In this document: positions 26,534 to 39,240 of the stretch, piece by piece
Position numbering within the stretch: position 1 is the first letter of the stretch
How the letters are laid out: every line of letters starts with the position of its first letter
Made by a program: the position numbers and the translations under genes
Notes under the pieces: generated by a model
The model's database searches: none
Told to the model about the DNA's origin: nothing
The model's input: the letters and a program-made list of their open reading frames with translations, nothing else
Origin: Guillardia theta CCMP2712
Taxonomy: Eukaryota; Protista; Cryptophyta
Direction of reading: 5' to 3'
NCBI RefSeq assembly: GCF_000315625.1
Contig: NW_005434577.1
Span: 223,195-287,194, forward strand
Length of the DNA stretch: 64,000 bases

Positions 26534-27780
26534 AGGGATGATGATGAGGAGGAGGAGTGGATGAAGAAGTTGAAAGCACAAGAGTTCCGTACCATGGAGC
26601 ATCATCGTCCTCCTCCTCCTCCTCTTCCTCTTCCTCCTCGTTCTGCAACGAGATCACATCAATCAGGAGATCACATCAATCAGGAGATCAAACTCCCGAC
26701 AAGCTCATGCCCATCTCTCCTCACCTCATCGATCTCATCAATCATCTGTTTGTCAACATCATCAGACCACCAACACCAACCTCAAACCTCAACAAATTAC
26801 ATCGTAACATGCGTCTTCGTCCAGCTCCATCTGCTTCACCAAGTCTGACAGGCGGCCGAGAATATTTGCAAACCTGCAGCAAGTTTACGATGAAGAAGCA
26901 AGAAAACACAACTGTATTCACTTGTCCGTCATCTTCTCGATCTTTTCCAGTTGTCCTTTACCAACAAAACCATTCAGCCAGCAATATAACCGAACAACAA
27001 AAAGACTCCGAAGGAAACATGTACCAGTGTGAACAGGACAACAAAAAGACAGCAAAGATTTGTGCAAATGCAAGCAAACTTTTCTGAAAAGTCCTATCTC
27101 ACCATTTGTCTTGTCTGCAAGCTGATCTTTGATATCTTCTTTGGTGACTTCGTCTGGAAAACCCTCGTCCTTTCTCACACAATCAGCAAACACACGATGG
27201 TTTTTTTCTCATCACTCCAACCTTCCATGTTTGGTAGAACGTTGAGAAGCTGTTCTTAATGGCATCCACTCGATCGATGATGTGCACAAACGGATCTCCT
27301 GAATCATTGATCACAATGCTAAGGCGGAAGAAGAGAAGGAAGAGGAACAGGAAGAGGAGGTAGAGTGGCGGGGTGTTGGAGGAGGAGGAGGAGGAGGAGG
27401 AGGAGGAGGAGCGGGAAGGGGGGAGGGATGAGAGGTGACATGTTCAGACCTTCCATGAGCGGGTCATCTTCATCATCGAAGGAACCTAAAGTAAGAAACA
27501 AGAGTAACAATGAAGCGATCTCGAAATCAAGGAACAGCAGGAGGTAGTGCGATCAAGAGCTCGATGGCGTTACCGCCACTGACCTTCCTCAGCCTTCCAA
27601 CAACCGTCAGTGACTGCACACCGGACGACAACCAATAGAACATTTCACCTGGTGAGGCGAAGACATCCTTGGACTCGTCAGGACACTTGTTCTAAGAAAG
27701 AATGAATGAGTTAACAATACCTGCGAATGCCGCTGCCTACATCACGATCTCCAACATTCTCTTGCCACCCGGGTCCCACA
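24560..27780 (-). CDS. Protein with an adenylyl cyclase-associated protein (CAP/Srv2) N-terminal helical domain at its C-terminus; many microsatellite-filled introns
   Basis: Exons GGEVQQQGRYVAQAFGAQREML, HLTLVSSGMPCL, AWVSVPMNPSGYISDMINSIPVYGDKV, HVEFVKTF, DMLRGLNDYVKTYHNK and GLSWN follow the CAP_N pattern (HLSAVSE..LGWV..P.PYV.EM..HV.WV..L..YVK..H..GL.WN). The start is uncertain. Confidence 0.7.
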
Positions 27781-27914
27781 TCCTCTCTCTCATCCTCGTC
27801 CCTCCCTTTGTATGATCTAGGCTAAATTATGCTTGACGATCTGATTGCCATGGCCTGACACTCCTCCTTTACCTCAGTCTTTTCCATCTCCATATCCTTC
27901 TCCTTCTCCACATA

Positions 27915-27932
27915 CTCCTGCTCATGCTCCTA

Positions 27933-27991
<59 letters not shown>

Positions 27992-28004
27992 TCTCCTGCT
28001 CCTG

Positions 28005-28044
<40 letters not shown>

Positions 28045-28111
28045 CCCTGCTCCTGCTCCTGCTCCTGCTCCTGCCCCTGCCCCTGCCCCTGCTCTTGCTC
28101 TTGCTCCTGCC

Positions 28112-28168
<57 letters not shown>
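27915..28168. repeat. (CTGCTC)n microsatellite
   Basis: Direct hexamer tandem repeat. Confidence 0.95.
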
Positions 28169-28600
28169 CATTCATATCGTCATGCTCCGATCATTTGATC
28201 GCATACAATTCAATAATTTTGAATTTTATAAATGATTAAATGGTACAGTTTAAAAACTCTATTTCTACAAGAGTATTGCAAAGCTACGAGAGAATCTTCA
28301 TTCAAATTCAAATTATTTTATAAATCTATGGATTGTAGTAATTGAGTTATATTTTTATTAAGTTTGTACATACCATGTTTTAAAAATATAAGAAAGCTGT
28401 GCATACAAGCGTGGAAGAAACGATGTTCAGGAATGGAGGAAGACAGGAGGGAGGGGGGAGGAGAGAGAAAGAGAGGAGGAGAGGAGAGGAGGAGGAGAGT
28501 TAGAAGAACAAGGAGGGCAGCACGCACATCAGGTCAGTACAACGATCCCGTACAAGAACAGCCGCTACCGCTTCTGAAGTCTTGGTGACATCCCTCTGCC

Positions 28601-30817
28601 ATGAGTGCCATGAGCTTGTACCTGGCCTCCTGGAACGTTGCTGGCTGGCTGTCAACAGCAGCAAAGATCCAACAGCATCACGGATCCGTCGAGTCGTGGA
28701 TGCGGCAGCACAAGTTTGACATACTGTGCTTGCAAGAAGTGAAGACGAGCGATCGAGCGCTTGCCGAGAACCCTCACGCTCATGCTGCGGAGCTGGTGGA
28801 CTACGAGACCTTCTGGGCTCCATGCAGGAAGAGGACCAAGACAGGAGCGAGGTCGAGCTTCTCGGGAGTAGCAACCTTCTGCAAGAAAGGGCTGTGCTCG
28901 CATGCGGACCGGAACGTGTTAGACAAGGGGGGGGAGCTAGACGAGGAGGGCCGATGCATCATGACTGTCTGCAGGAACATGGCGATCTTCAACGTGTACG
29001 TGCCGAACAATGGCGTGTGGAACGTGCAGCTTTCGTTGAAGATCAAGTTCCTTGCTGCGCTGAGGACGTCAATGAGGAGGATGCGCTCGTTGGGTCTCGA
29101 TGTCATCCTCTGCGGCGATCTGAACCTGGTCTATAGAGCCTGCGATCAATACCCCATGTCCAGGAATGTTGACTTGGAGGCCTGCTTGCGAGCTGGGGAG
29201 GATGGGAACGAGGAGGAGGAGGAGGAGGGAGTGAGGGAGATGGTGCAGCAGGTCAAGGATAACTTGGGCAAGATCGAGGACGCGCTGAAGACAAAGGTGG
29301 CGGAGGAGGTGGAGATTTTCATCCCGGCGACGCAGAGGAAGGAGAGGAGGTGGAGGTTCTTCATCGTTGTGGATGGAGAGAGGAAGGTGAAGCTGGGCAA
29401 GCCCATCTCGAAGGAGGAGTCGTTGGGGTATCCGACGTCGTATACGCTGCAAGCTGGAGGGGTGAAGGAGGAGGAGACGGGAGAATTCATAATCTGCCAT
29501 CCTCCCATGCATATGAGGCTGGCTGAGCTGAGTGAGCTCATGGAGAAGGTCGCGGCAGTGTGTTGGAGTGAGGAACAGCTCCACAAGTTGGCCAACTCAA
29601 AGTACGTCAAGTCTCGTTCGGCCCCGATCGTGAAGCAGTGGATCCGTTCAGTGCTTGACGACGACGGTGAAGGGAGTTTTCTGTGTCTCCGGTGGTTCTG
29701 ATGACGTCAACAGAGATGGTGGACTCGTTCGTAGAATTCCATTCGAAAGCACGCTGCCGCTTCACGTGCTGGGACCAGTACACCAACGAGCGATGTAGCA
29801 ACTTGAGGTTGTGGGGTCGAGAAGTGAAATGGGGTTGCAGATCGCAATGAGGGGGCGAGGATAGACTATATCCTCGTCGACAAGAAGCTTTTCTCCTCCT
29901 CCGCTCGTCGTGGGATTGAGTTGCACTCGCCTAGTCACATGGTCGACCCTATGCTGTTCGCTCAACCCCTTCCCCCTGCCTTCTACCATCATCTCCTCGT
30001 ACAACTCTTCAGCTCCCCACTCCCCACCTTACCCTCTCCTCTTCCTCCTTGTCTTCCCTCACAGTCTTCGCAGGACCCGTACAGCGCTGAAGCAGCAGCA
30101 TGGGCGTGCACAGAAGGAGGAAGGTGGGTAGCGGCTCCGTTTGAAGGAGGAGGGATACAGGACGGCCCCGAGGAGACCTACACCTGCCAGTTCCGAGCTC
30201 CGTCTTCAGGGATCCTCTACACGCCTCCTCAGTACAGCGACCACATCGGAGTATCTGTCATCCTTGAACTGGGAGAGGAGAAGGAAGACAGGAGGAGGGG
30301 AGGGGAGGAGAAGGAGGAGCGGGGGGAGGGAAGGGATGACGGGAGGAAGGAGGAGGAGGAGGAATTTTGGAAGAATGCGCAGAAGAGCATGAGGGAGACA
30401 CAGCCGCACAAGACGCAGAGGAAGCTGAAAGATTTCTTCGGGGGGGGCGGGAGGATCGAAGCCAAGGAAAGAGAAGACGGGCGTTGGGGAGAGGAGGAGG
30501 ACAAGTTGAAGCGAAAGGCGGCGGAGGCAGAGGAGCAGCAGGACGGAGAGAACCCTGTCAAGAAGCATGCAAGGCTCATGCAGAACGAGGAGGAGGAGGA
30601 GGAGGAGGAGAAAGATGCGAGAAGAGAAGGTGAAGGAGACGACGGACGAGACTCTACCAAGCTCTGCTTGAGCGAGCAGAGGATGCTGGAGCTGAACATG
30701 TGCGGGGGAGGGCGCGATGGTCCGGGAAGGAAAGGTAGGAGGAAAGAGAGCGGGAGGGGGAGAGGGAGCAGCAATGCTTCCCAGAACATTATGAACTTCT
30801 TTGTGAAGAAACCATGA
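28601..30817 (+). CDS. APEX2: ExoIII-family AP endonuclease, APE2-like, with PIP-box-like motifs
   Basis: SWNVAG, LCLQEVK, SGVATF, EEGRC, NVYVPN, GDLN, FTCWDQ, RIDYILV, SDHIGV; QRKLKDFF and QNIMNFF. Confidence 0.85.
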
Positions 30818-31295
30818 AGTTATGATAGTAAAAGTGTCTGCTCCTGAACAACTAGAACTGCTGTGATGATACCCGCGCTCAGTAAAGGGCTGATGAAATC
30901 CAGCCTACAAGTTGAGTAACATTGAAAACCTCCAGCTCGCCTTCAGCTGGAGACTAGCTGAGAAGTTGGCACCTCGGACTCGGACTCAGATCATGCCGGG
31001 TCTCAGCCGGGGCCGAGAACGGCCCGTGGAGAAAGAAAAACTGTTGTAAATGAAAAAAAGACTCTTCTTTTTTTGCGGCCTCCATGCGGACTGGGCGGAG
31101 GGTGTAGTGGAGGACAGAATCTGCCAGGAGCGACACAACAGCACAGCAGCAAGACAGGAGCATCCCCCAGCGAAGGACAAGAAACTCTCTGCTTCTCTTC
31201 TTGCCTACATCGGGCTTTCCTTTGCTCCCTCACCCGAAGGTTTGACGAACCTCGGAGGAACATCTGAGACAGTCTGATCTCTACAGCTCGTCAGG

Positions 31296-32587
31296 ATGGA
31301 GTTGAGATCAGATACCTCCGCTAGGCTATCGTTCTTCATGCTCACCCTGTCAACTGTGATATTGGAATGCGGAGGATTTTCAGGGCCCATTGTAAACAGC
31401 TTCCCTTACGGGAGAAAACCCGCTCAAGTTCCCTTGGGAGGCGTCAGGAGGCAAGCTGCAGTGAGGGTTCAGATGAGTTGGAGGCTCCCCAAGGGGTACA
31501 GAAGGGAGGATGTAGCTGGAGGAGATATGGACCCTAGCTTCGCCTCCATCCTTGGGAACCGTCTCGGGATTATCGCTTCTCTCGTCAACAACGGCTCCTG
31601 TGTACTGGACGTCGGCACGGACCATGGGTACCTTCCCATCGCCCTGATGAAGAGCGGGAAAGCATTGAAGGTGATCGCCTCCGACAAGAACATCCTTCCT
31701 CTCGACAACGCAAGGCAAAGTTTGGAGCGGATCAACGACGAGGCTCTAGAGCAGCTCGAGCTCCGGCTCGGGGACGGGCTTGCGGTCTTGTCATGCGGGG
31801 AGGTAGACACTGTCACAGTCTCCGGGGTAGGAGGGAAGGTGATCTCAGAAATTCTGTTTGGAGCTGAAGGCGATGCTGGAGAGGTAAGAGGTGCGTTCCC
31901 TGCGTGCTGGGCTGAGCGTGCAAGGTAGGTCAGTGAGCGGAGGAGAGTACAGGACTACGGGGTTCGAAGAGTTGTGCTCCAGCCGACTGGAAGCATTTCT
32001 ACCTTGAGGAAGGACCTGCTGATGAACGGATGGGAGATCGTGGATGAAATCATCAACAGCGAGGTACGGTCTGTGTTACAGCACGCTGCGTCACGTCCAG
32101 GAAGGTGAACAGGCGTGTCAGGCGGGGTGGATCTACATAACCATGGTAGCCGAGTGGAGGACCAATGAGAATCAAGGAGAAAACAACATTTCAGCGGAGA
32201 GGATGTATGCCCATACCTTTCAGTTGGGAAGCTGCTGCTGACTTTGCGGGTTGTCAAGGCTGGTTGGCCCTCATCTTTTGAGGAGAGCTTCGAACTCGGC
32301 AGCTGAGAAGATCTTGCTGAGGGTAGGAACCATGCTCCTCTACTATCTTTGATTACCCTCTCCGCTGTCCTTCCCCTGCTCATCCTCTACAGGAATGGAT
32401 CAAACATCAGCTGCGGCATTTCAAGTCGAGGAGGGATGGGATGCGCATGTCGTCGGAGGATGTGTAAGAGCGGGTGTCTATCGCAAGCATGTCTCCTGAT
32501 ACTGTCACAGCGATCAGCTAAAATTGGAAGAGGCCGAAGAGAACGTCAAAATCCTCTCCCAAGTGCTGGGGGTCATGGAAGGGCCTG
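31296..32587 (+). CDS. trmK: tRNA m1A22 methyltransferase TrmK-like, with signal peptide plus transit-like leader
   Basis: RL..IASLV..VLDVGTDHGYLPIAL..VIASDKN..PL..A..LRLGDGL.VL..EVDTVTVSGVGG..ISEIL..VLQP, preceded by a hydrophobic leader ending CGG-F. The 3' exons are approximate. Confidence 0.8.
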
Positions 32588-32693
32588 AAAACGGCATTCA
32601 AGCAGTCAATGACTGCAGTAGCAGTTTACATCTTTCCTCATGACGATCATGAACCTAGTGTACATTCAAAGAGCAACCAATGTTAACTTCTCC

Positions 32694-33432
32694 CTCATGG
32701 CTGGAGCTTTGCACTCTTGAAGATGTCCTCCTTCAGCCACGTGGCAGCGTATGACAAGCTCTGGTTTGCCCCATTGAACCAGCCTGCTGCATACGTTATC
32801 CGTTCCTCTTCATATCCTCCTTCAGATCTCACCTGAGTCCGCAAGCAGCTCCAAGATCGCAAACTCAGCTCCTTGCGTGCTCGGCACTGAACTCGAGCTG
32901 TGTTGCAATAGCATGCACAAGGAGAGCATCGACACCACGACTATCGCTGCCTGCAGACACCATCAACGAACGCAAAGTTTGCCTGCAGAGCATGTTTCTC
33001 ACCAGCTTTATGTAAGATAGCAGCTTTTGGAGGAAAGACATGACATGGAACTCAATGACCAACGCCTCGTCCACCTCCTCCCACGCCCCACTGAAGCAGG
33101 ACATTTTCGTATTTTTGATAATACCACGGATCCGATGCGAATATGGATATCAATTCAGCGTTCCTCTAGCTCAAATATATCACAGAGAGTGAGAGCCTGT
33201 TGTTTCTTTGTGCGTTCTCGACGTGTGCGATACGGCTTGCTGTGTACACGCGGTAAGTTGCAATAGCACAAACTGGTATTGCGAAGACCGAAGACGTCTG
33301 TCTAGCGCTCAGAAGACAAGAATGTCTGAAGTAGTACTGTCCTTCGAAGTATTTCCTGCTGATTCTGCTTGCTGTTCTCTCCTGTCCTCTCTCGATCTTA
33401 CTCACTGCCTTGCCTTGTCATCCATTCTTGCA
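32694..33432 (-). CDS. Hypothetical multi-exon protein
   Basis: Short exons with GT-AG boundaries; no family recognised. Confidence 0.3.
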
Positions 33433-34138
33433 TCGACCGTCTCAATCGACCCCTATTTCTGCGCACGATTTGTGAAAGGTTTTGTATGTGTAAAACCATT
33501 TACAATCTAAATTATTTTAATTTTCAAATTTTGCAGTAGTTTTCAATTTATTCTTATATATATTCCAAATTATAGCTACAAATTTTGCATTTATCTAAGG
33601 AGAAGGTTTAGTTCGAGAACCCGTCCTCCTAGGAGACCGGCATACGTTTCAGATTCTATTGACATCAAAAGCCATTTCAATAGAATATCCTCAAAATTGA
33701 GTAAATCAATTTATTTCATATAAAAAACTGGGTCGTTCGTAGAAAAATATTGTTTCATCATAAATGTCTATGGAGAGATATAGAAGATCCTCGCGGTATC
33801 TGCCTGGGGTTCTCCCAAAATTCTTGATTCTCAACTGGTGGGTCATAGAAAAAAAGAGTGATAGAGAGGGGTGGGTGTTTCTATGACCCCCTCATTGCAC
33901 TAGTCTCGTAGGGGTTATACAGGACTCAAAAAGGACAAGGGGTTGTGAATGAAAATGGGTAGGGTCATCAAAGGGGAGGGTGGGCATTACATGATTTGTT
34001 GTAAGGGGTAGGGTCTTTACGGTAGGAGGGATCGCTATGCCGGCTAGAGGAGAGAAGAAGACGCGGAGCCATGCACGAGGAGGAGGAGGACGAGAGTAGC
34101 AGAGAAGGACCAGGGGAAGAAGCAAGAGCAGGATCAGG

Positions 34139-34208
<70 letters not shown>

Positions 34209-34694
34209 TCAGGAGCAGGAGAAAGAGCAGGAGAAGGAAAGTAGGTGGATGTTTGGTGTTATCCAAGACAAATGATGCGAAAAATATGACCAAGGTAGTA
34301 TAAAGATTTGGATGTGCACAAGATTGAGAGGTGACTGGAAAACTGTACAAGTGTTACCGACCTAAGGGGAAAAATCAACATACGAGACGGAGTAGAGTTA
34401 AAAGGCAGTGTCAGATCATGAGCAGTGAGGTTCAGAAATGGTGCGGTGTAAACGATGTACGCAGAGTAGATTCATGATCAAGATAAGAAAGTCAGAAAGT
34501 TTGGAGGGCATAAACAAGGCTCGAGTGTTGCTACCTAAGAAGGGAGAATGACACTGGAAATGACTTTGGGAGAGGTTCGGCAGAGGTTGTCGATAACGCT
34601 ATGGTGTGTGTATCTTCCCTTCGTGTGCCGCAAACAGTTCAAGACTGAGATAGAAGAGTGCACAGAGTATGCTTTAAGTCCAGCCGGTGACTTC

Positions 34695-36006
34695 ATGCAT
34701 CAGGAGAAGAAATTGAAGCAGCGTCGAGGAGCATTGCAACGGGAGAGTTATGCCGACCACTCAGGAGCATCAGGGAGTTTATCCCAAGAGCTGGAGCATG
34801 GTCACTGCCTTCCTGGTAAGCTGAACCTCCTTCCCTGTCCTCCTCCCTCTTTCCTCCCCTTCTTTTTTATCCTCCTTCCCTCCCCTCCTCTTCCCCTTTC
34901 CCCTTCCCCTTCCCTCCCGGTCCCACTTGTTCCATCTCCTGACTTATCCTAGTGGGACAAGTACAACGGGCATGCGTGGGTGAGAGACGTCGACGTGATC
35001 GACAGGCATATCGACGTCCAGGGTCGTCTGCACAGCAGGAGGCTGCTGACCCTCTATTCCAAAACACCCTTCGTCCTCCGCCCCATCCTTGGCGCCTCGT
35101 GAGTCCTGCCATGCCAAGACGCCCGCGGCCTCTCGGGTAGTGATATCTTGTATGCAGTGTGCGTCCCTTCTACCTGCTCGAAGATTCCGTGGTGGACCTT
35201 GAGAACCGAACGATGGAAGTGAACGTCTGCAATGTCAACTTGCGAAACATCTGTTTCTGCAAGAGCGAATCTTCGTACACTCCTGACGCCGACAACCCCT
35301 CATACACCCGATACGGCATCATGGTTCAGACCAGAGCATTCCCTAAGGAAATTTCTTCTACCTCCTCCTCCTCCTCCTCCTCCTCCTCCTCCTCCTGCTC
35401 TTTGCAAAACCCGGACATGGCCGAAAATTCTTCTCCTCGATTTCAGGCGATACACAGGTGAGAAACTCGCGCTGAGCCCTGAAAATGACTGGATGTGCCT
35501 GAAATCGACTTGATGTCCCTGAAAAATGCTTGAATTCTCTGAAAAGTGACTTGATGTCTTGAAAATCGACTTGATGTCTCTGAAAAATGACTTGAATTCC
35601 CTGAACAATGGTTCCACGGCCCTTGTGTTGTTCAACGATACCTCTCTCTGTAGCAAGAAAAATATTTACCCTGTGTCCATCTTATTTTGATAGTGAGGAG
35701 ACCGTTTCTGCTCGCATTTGTGTCCAAAAAGCATCCTGTCATCATCTCACTATCTCCACCTTCACGCCATCTGCTTTTACTGACGTCGTTGCCAGGACTC
35801 TGGAGAATTTTGTGGGAGGACTGATATTGGGGAATGTGAAGATGGGAGAGAAGAAGATACAAGACTGGGCAAGGCAATTCGCTAAGATGCACTGCAGCGG
35901 AAGACAGGGCCTGTGGTTGTGCAGGCAGATGCACGAGACGTCCACGGAAGCAGCTCCTGCGTCGCTCTGTGCTGCTGAACCCTTAAGGAGCAGAGCAGAA
36001 GCATGA
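34695..36006 (+). CDS. PRELI/MSF1-domain lipid-transfer protein
   Basis: YPKSWSMVTAFL|WDKY..DVIDRHIDVQGRLHSRRLL..YLLEDSVVDLENRTMEV..N. The start is uncertain. Confidence 0.8.
35500..35605. repeat. Degenerate ~20-bp intronic tandem repeat (GAAAATCGACTTGATGTCCCT-like)
   Basis: About five imperfect copies. Confidence 0.7.
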
Positions 36007-36180
36007 CCAGTCCCTTGCAGAGGAGGTTTCGGTCACACCAGGATCCTGCCATGCCGCTACATCGCTCATCCATTGCGTACAATTGTTTCTAGTTTCATAG
36101 CATAGTGATAAATTTACAACAGAATTCGCTTCCTTGCAGATTATGTGAAGTATGAACTATGGTAGACATGCCTGCTCTCC

Positions 36181-38363
36181 CTAACGAGAAGGCAAGTGAG
36201 ACTGCAGGTAGCTCTGACTCCCTGGGTAGTGCCTGGAGACCGCTGGTATAGCAGAGTTCATCGCAGAAGGTGCCATCGAGGAGCCCTGGAAGCCCGACAT
36301 ATGTACCATCCTCTGAGGGTTGTTTGCGATAGGATGGCCGCCGTTCCCGTTCCACACGGACACAGCACTGTGCATTTCGACCGGGGGGATGAACGCGATG
36401 GAGGGCGGGGGCCTCTGACTGAGCTGGATGTCCTGACTGGCAGGGGCCCGGACAGTAGTATGCGCTCGCTCGTACCTTGGCGGAGGAGAGCTTCCAGCCG
36501 ACCGCGGGGTGGCAGCCGCCATGCCCTACGAGCAGTCAGGTCACAAGACAGGAGTGCGGAGTCTGAGCATGAGGCTACCGCAGTGACGTCTCGAACGCCT
36601 CCCTCCGATACTCCCGAAGCCCCTTGAGGGTTCATGATGGACGCCCCGTTCCTCTCCTTCATCCTGTGTCAAAGATGAGTCCCTCCGCTGCCGGGGAACA
36701 GCTCGACCCCTACAAGGCTGTCATGCTGGATCCGTTGAGGGCACTAGTCTCGGGACTCTTGCGACTCCCACCGGAGTCCAACACCTGCATCAGCCTGTGA
36801 GCAGTCGGAACAGCCCTTGCTCTAGACTGACCATGTGCTGCGAGTCCGGGCTGACGTGAGAGTCCTGCAGTGTGGAGGGTCAGCGATCATGTCTGCTGGA
36901 CAGTTGACACCGCAAACCAGCGTCTGTCGCTTCGAAGAGACCAGAGGAGGGGTGGGGGGGGTCGCGAGGTCCTTCTGGGGGTACCGCTCGAGGTCTTTGT
37001 CGTGCATGAGCTTCATGTTGCTCTGATGCAGCTCGATGTTCTTCCTGTTGAGCGAGTAGATCTGATCGTCTTTCTCGTGGAGAAGTTTTTGTAGAGACGC
37101 CACCTGCATCTGAAGCACTGCGTTCTTCTCGTGCACCTCCGCCATCTGCTGCAGGACGTGCCCTTCGTTCCTGTCCTCCACAGACGCCCTGGTTGAGCTG
37201 GAAACTCTCTGTCTGAGCTCTTGGTTTTGTGTCTCCAACTGATTGACATGAGATTTCATTTGTTCTAGCTGCTCGAACAAGTTCTGGTTTTCATCAAAGT
37301 TTCAGATTCTGGCAGATGTTGAAGACCAAGAATGTTTTTTGGATGCACCTGTATCAAAGCATTGTTGTTGTTCTCATCAAATGACAAGTAGTTCTTGCCT
37401 CGACTCATCCTGCCACATTGGTACAAGTCACAACATGTGATCATCGAAACTAATCGCAAGGTGCGATTCTCTACCTTCCATTCTCTGAGAGGAGCCGCGC
37501 GTTCTCATTCTCCAACGTCGCTACCTTCACTTCGAGGGAGCGATACCTCTCCCAGAATTGAATGAAGTCAGAACCTACATCGCACGGCGGCGCTCAGTGA
37601 GGATGTCGTAGCGATGCATTCATATCAATCCTTTACCTCCTCTGAGCAGTCTGACTGAGTACTGCTGTCCGTTAGGACGTCGGAATGATATCATAACCTC
37701 TGTGCCCTGCCGCCCGAGCACGTGTTGCAAGACGTCTTGGGAAGTTTTGCACTGCACCCCGTCCACAAGAATCAGCTCATCCCCCACAGAAATGTCCCCT
37801 TTCAACGCAGCAGAGCAGCCCGGTTTCAAGGCCGTCACTGTCATTGTCTTGGGGTCAATGTCGATTCCGACCCCGAAGTTGTTCGTGTCGTGAAGCCTCT
37901 GCTCTGTGCTCCTGTACAGCTGTCTTTGATCGCTCAGCTTCGCGACTCGTGGTGTCGTTGCTGCTTGATTGCTCCCTGACCTCGCACCGGAGGCGCCGTT
38001 CTTGTCGCTTGTCCCCGGGCTCGTGATTGAGACTATGTGCTTCTCGTTGGGAGCATGGGAGACATACCTGACGGAGGTGGAGCTGGAAGAATGGCTCTGC
38101 TCGTTCCGCGGTGGCGTCTGCGTCCTCGTCCCTTCCTTGTCCCTCTGTGAAGCTGCATATGACGGGCTCTGCGAGGCGAGGTAGCTGGGAGAGGCTGCGA
38201 CAGAGTAGGAGGGTCGAGATGTGCGCGAGGCGAGAGGAGAGGTTCCAAGGCTGTAATACTTGTCATAGAAACTAGTCAGAGTGTACCCGTTCATCTGTAA
38301 ACGATCGAACGATGACTGCATGTTGACTGTGACCAGCCTGATACCAGAATCCTGAGTACACAC
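36181..38363 (-). CDS. PDZ-domain plus coiled-coil protein (one multi-exon gene, possibly two)
   Basis: FGVGIDI..VTALKPGCSAALKGDISVGDELILVDG..VLGRQGTEVMISFRR is a PDZ domain. 36822-37280 is a heptad-rich exon. Confidence 0.65.
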
Positions 38364-39240
38364 AAACGTTAGAGGGGGAAGAGAATTTGGGATGATTTAG
38401 CTTGAACCACAATTCGCAACTATTTCCTTTTCTACCAGTATGCTCAGGTGTTTCAAAAACAATACATGGTTTTCATTTTGATTTGATTGAGTTGAAATTT
38501 TTCCTTCAAGAATGGCTATCGAGGTCGGTGAATTAAGCCACATTTGGCGATGCACAAGACGATTGAGGGAAGTCAAGGAGCAGCAAGCAGCGAGGATGAG
38601 AAAAGTTTTCAAGACAGACAGAGTTTGAGGATGAGAAATACGAGCGGAGGAGAGGGCTGTAACGAGGGGATTTGCTATCTGGGTAGCAGTGAAGGGATTT
38701 GGGGCCTCGAGATGGTGGGGGTTAGTGAATGAGGGGGAGAGAGCAAAGAGCAAAGTAGGGGACAAAGAGCAAGAGGAGGAGGAGCAGGAGGAGGAGCAGG
38801 AGGAGCAGGAGGGTTTCGCTTCTGCTGCTCCAGTGACTGTTCAGGTTCATGTCGCAACTTCTTCGCTCATGATGCCGAAAGGCTCCATCTACATTCGAAG
38901 CGGAAAGAAGGGACCACCGGTCCTCTCGAAAAGAAGGGGGTGGTCGCATACAAGGGTGGGTATTGATACAGAGGGTGCTTGGTGAAAGGGTACATTCCAG
39001 CCTCATCCACATGGTTCCAATAGCAACCAGCAGGGGATAGGGTGGGTCCAGTCGACGAGTGGATATGCATACACGATATACGGGTAGGTGCTATTTAGAC
39101 CAGTACGGGTGGTTGAAGCAGGAAGCAGGATGAGGTGGGGTACTCGGAAACTCCGGGGGGTACAAATAGCATGCTGTAGAGGGCCCACCTCTACCCCTTT
39201 ACCTCATATTCAGGTCAAAACTACCGGTAGAAGCCACTAC

